Part shown: piece after piece, positions 46,019 through 48,387 of the stretch
How the letters are laid out: every line of letters begins with the position of its first letter
Numbering within the stretch: position 1 is the stretch's first letter
DNA from: a virus
Lineage: Duplodnaviria > Caudoviricetes
Length of the DNA stretch: 48,387 bases
Reading direction: 5' to 3' (one strand)
Virus record (IMG/VR): IMGVR_UViG_3300035544_000029
Coordinates: 1-48,387 of that record
Translations under genes and position numbers: made by a program
Notes under the pieces: model-generated
What the model was told of the DNA's origin: nothing
What the model saw: only the letters and a program-made list of their open reading frames with translations
Database searches by the model: none

Positions 46019-47097
46019 TGGCAAAGTTTATATGGAAACCGGAAGTTATTGATTTTGGCTATGAGCCTGGGAACACGAGGGTCATAAAATTCATCCATGA
46101 AGCCACATCTATTACGATTAGTGGAAAGCCGTCATGGTTGGAAGATATTGACGTATCTTTTGACACTTTCAGTGGAGGTAGCCCGGCAAAAGGAACGCTG
46201 ACCGCGACTGTCCGGTTAGACCAAACACGAGTTCAGGAACAGGGGATTATTACCGTACTGTCCGATGCAGAGAGCTATATGATTCCTGTCGTATTCAATT
46301 ACGACTCCGAACACGTTCCTGTGATGGAGATTATTGATAATATCCTTATTTATGCCGGAGACGAAAGTTATGTGGGAGAACGAGACAGGCCCAAAGCTAT
46401 ATTGGCAGCTAAGAGGTGGATTCAGGACAATGCCGGAATATCAGGAACGAATGTAAGGTTTTCAGAAATATCTGTTGATGAGAACAGGGTTCATTTACCG
46501 GGAGATTTTGTTGACTTGCGTGGGGTGTATGTAGTTTCCTCAGATGGATATTTAAGACCCATGTACCAGTCAGACAATATTAACATTGGTCAGGAAGTTG
46601 TTCAGGATGAAGACGCTTTTGCACTCCTGGATGATGCTGGGTATGTTATTAGTGCCTTTGGTCTGACACCGAGGGTCGATAACGAAAACCCATACACTTA
46701 TTATGGTGTAGATGTTGGAGCCATATCTCAACTCGGCATGGGGCAAACAGTATATCAGATAAGAGCCGGAGAAGTTTCTGGGAATGGCTTGTATCGCTAT
46801 GACAAGCAGAACAGGGTTATACTTGTTGATGGCAATGTTATTAAGAACGTGGTGGTAGAATACTTCTCAGACCCTATATTAAGGCATAAGTTGAAGATGG
46901 ACATGGGCGAAATTCGTGTCCATAAACGCTATCAGGAAGCATTGGAGGCACACATCTATTACAAGCTCATAGAGATAAACAGACACGTCCCATTGTATGA
47001 GCGTAACAATGCTTTGAGGGTCTATAAAAGAGCCATGAAACGCGCTCAAATGAAAGGATTAGATTTCAATGCCTTACATCAGGCAATAAAAAGATAA
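46018..47097 (+). CDS. tail ring/adaptor protein with an N-terminal Ig/BACON-like domain
   Basis: LP.DFV....V, VVEY.SD, VHK..QEAL...IYY; beta-rich first ~95 aa with PSWL. Confidence 0.6.
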   Translation: MAKFIWKPEVIDFGYEPGNTRVIKFIHEATSITISGKPSWLEDIDVSFDTFSGGSPAKGTLTATVRLDQTRVQEQGIITVLSDAESYMIPVVFNYDSEHVPVMEIIDNILIYAGDESYVGERDRPKAILAAKRWIQDNAGISGTNVRFSEISVDENRVHLPGDFVDLRGVYVVSSDGYLRPMYQSDNINIGQEVVQDEDAFALLDDAGYVISAFGLTPRVDNENPYTYYGVDVGAISQLGMGQTVYQIRAGEVSGNGLYRYDKQNRVILVDGNVIKNVVVEYFSDPILRHKLKMDMGEIRVHKRYQEALEAHIYYKLIEINRHVPLYERNNALRVYKRAMKRAQMKGLDFNALHQAIKR

Positions 47098-47103
47098 TAG
47101 GAC

Positions 47104-48387
47104 ATGGTAAAGTTATCGGCAACATTTAACGGAGCAATGGACAGAGACTCCGATGACCGCTATATAAAACAAGGAGATTACCGCACCCTTAAAAATGGTA
47201 TCATAGACAGAGATGCTGACGGGGGTAGGTATCTTGTTAAAAATTTGCGTAGCTCTAAACTTGTTGCTGAATTACCCACGTCTGCAAAATTGGTGGGAGC
47301 AAAAGAGTATAAGGGTTTTTTTTATCAGTTCTATTACGACTCCATTACCCACGAGTTATCGTTGTATCGGGTTAATCCTTATGCCGAGAATGATTATGTT
47401 CGGATATTTGAGCGAGAATTAAAAGATACCTTTACGGAAGAGATTCCGGGAGACCCAGGTTCAACAACACCTGCTGGAACAAATTTCTACAACAACTTTC
47501 TATTGGCAGATGTTGGAGGTGCGTCACATCTCTACATATACAATGCTTTACAGGTCAATGGAGATATAACAGTTGATTCATCAGCTACTGCCGGAAGTGC
47601 TTTCGATTCCGAGGCTGACTTTAATTCGTATTTCAGGATAGCAAATGAGGGAACGCAGGATGAGTATGTTATTTGTAATGTTCCTATTGTGTCAAAGGTG
47701 GAGGCAGAGGGCCCTAATGAAAATACAATAACCACTACCGACTTCAGTTCATTTGCGGACTTCCAACAATATGTGACTGTAAAAAATAAAGGGTTGGCTG
47801 ATGAGTATATTGTCATCACACTCCCATTGCTCACAGAAGAGGTGCTTACGGCATTTACGTCAGAGGCATTTGCTTCAGCTTCTGATTTCACGTTTGAAGA
47901 CGTTGTAGAAGAGCCAACAGACCCGACAACAGTCATTGTGGGGGAGAATATTTATGAGGCCATCAATGAGATAAATTATATTGACTTCATAGAGAATCAA
48001 TCTAATGGAGACATAATGTGCTATTGGACGGATGGTGTGAACCCTCCGTTTAAGGTTAATATCTCGTGGCTATTGGAGGGTAATAATTATCACTACATCA
48101 GGGATATGTTCGTGGCAAAAGTTGTACCACCCGAGCCGTCAATCATCCCCTACCACGACTATTCTTACACAGGTGTAGATACAAGGCACGATGTTTTTCA
48201 ATTTGCCACAAGATATGTCTATCAGGACGGAGAAAAAACTCCATTATCTACGTATTCTAAGGCCGCTTTTTATCCGTCTATCGGAGAGCAAATAACATCG
48301 AATAGCCAAAACATAGGATATTACGTTGACAATGGCACACTTTATCAAATATCAGGCTTTGATAATTCGTCTCCCATAACTATATCC
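47104..48387 (+). CDS. tail stabilisation/muzzle protein (3'-partial, not in the ORF track)
   Basis: MVKLSATFNGAMDRDSDDRYIKQGDYRTLKN..., YWTDG.NPP.KVN, FQFATRYVY.DGE.TPLS; appears open to the window end. Confidence 0.75.
   Translation, partial: MVKLSATFNGAMDRDSDDRYIKQGDYRTLKNGIIDRDADGGRYLVKNLRSSKLVAELPTSAKLVGAKEYKGFFYQFYYDSITHELSLYRVNPYAENDYVRIFERELKDTFTEEIPGDPGSTTPAGTNFYNNFLLADVGGASHLYIYNALQVNGDITVDSSATAGSAFDSEADFNSYFRIANEGTQDEYVICNVPIVSKVEAEGPNENTITTTDFSSFADFQQYVTVKNKGLADEYIVITLPLLTEEVLTAFTSEAFASASDFTFEDVVEEPTDPTTVIVGENIYEAINEINYIDFIENQSNGDIMCYWTDGVNPPFKVNISWLLEGNNYHYIRDMFVAKVVPPEPSIIPYHDYSYTGVDTRHDVFQFATRYVYQDGEKTPLSTYSKAAFYPSIGEQITSNSQNIGYYVDNGTLYQISGFDNSSPITIS

Noticed and set aside
47213-47936. 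Short ORFs 47213..47422 (+) and 47532..47936 (-)
   Set aside because: They are shadows of the long tail gene that starts at 47104 and runs off the window.

Overview
The window is a fragment of a large tailed dsDNA phage that probably infects a Bacteroidota host (TAnnTTTG promoters, DUF3127, crAss-like-related structural gene order). Left to right it holds: small minus-strand putative early genes; an IS200/IS605 element (intact tnpB, tnpA with a nonsense mutation); an accessory/DNA-metabolism region (YopX, GroES, MazG, two PD-(D/E)xK nucleases, kinase, beta-clamp, DNA methyltransferase); a decayed tRNA cluster; an iteron array with an HTH gene and a KilA-N antirepressor; then tail-fibre, lysis, terminase, portal, scaffold, capsid and tail genes. 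Four signals are not explained by the gene list. (1) At least six integron attC-like hairpins, plus decayed ones, delimit single-gene cassettes at several separate loci, with no integrase in the window. Genes lie in inverse orientation, some start inside or lie wholly inside the hairpin loop, two loci share an identical 16-bp target, and a fixed CATTAAAACGA mini-loop recurs. (2) The asymmetric heptamer GACCCTC/GAGGGTC occurs about 67 times by hand count (about 2 expected) and is missing from recently acquired segments. (3) A tRNA gene is split at its T-loop by an endonuclease insert that brings a new tRNA-Met 5' half. (4) A ~650-nt structured non-coding region sits between the portal and scaffold modules. 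All product calls come from motif recognition by eye; no searches were run.
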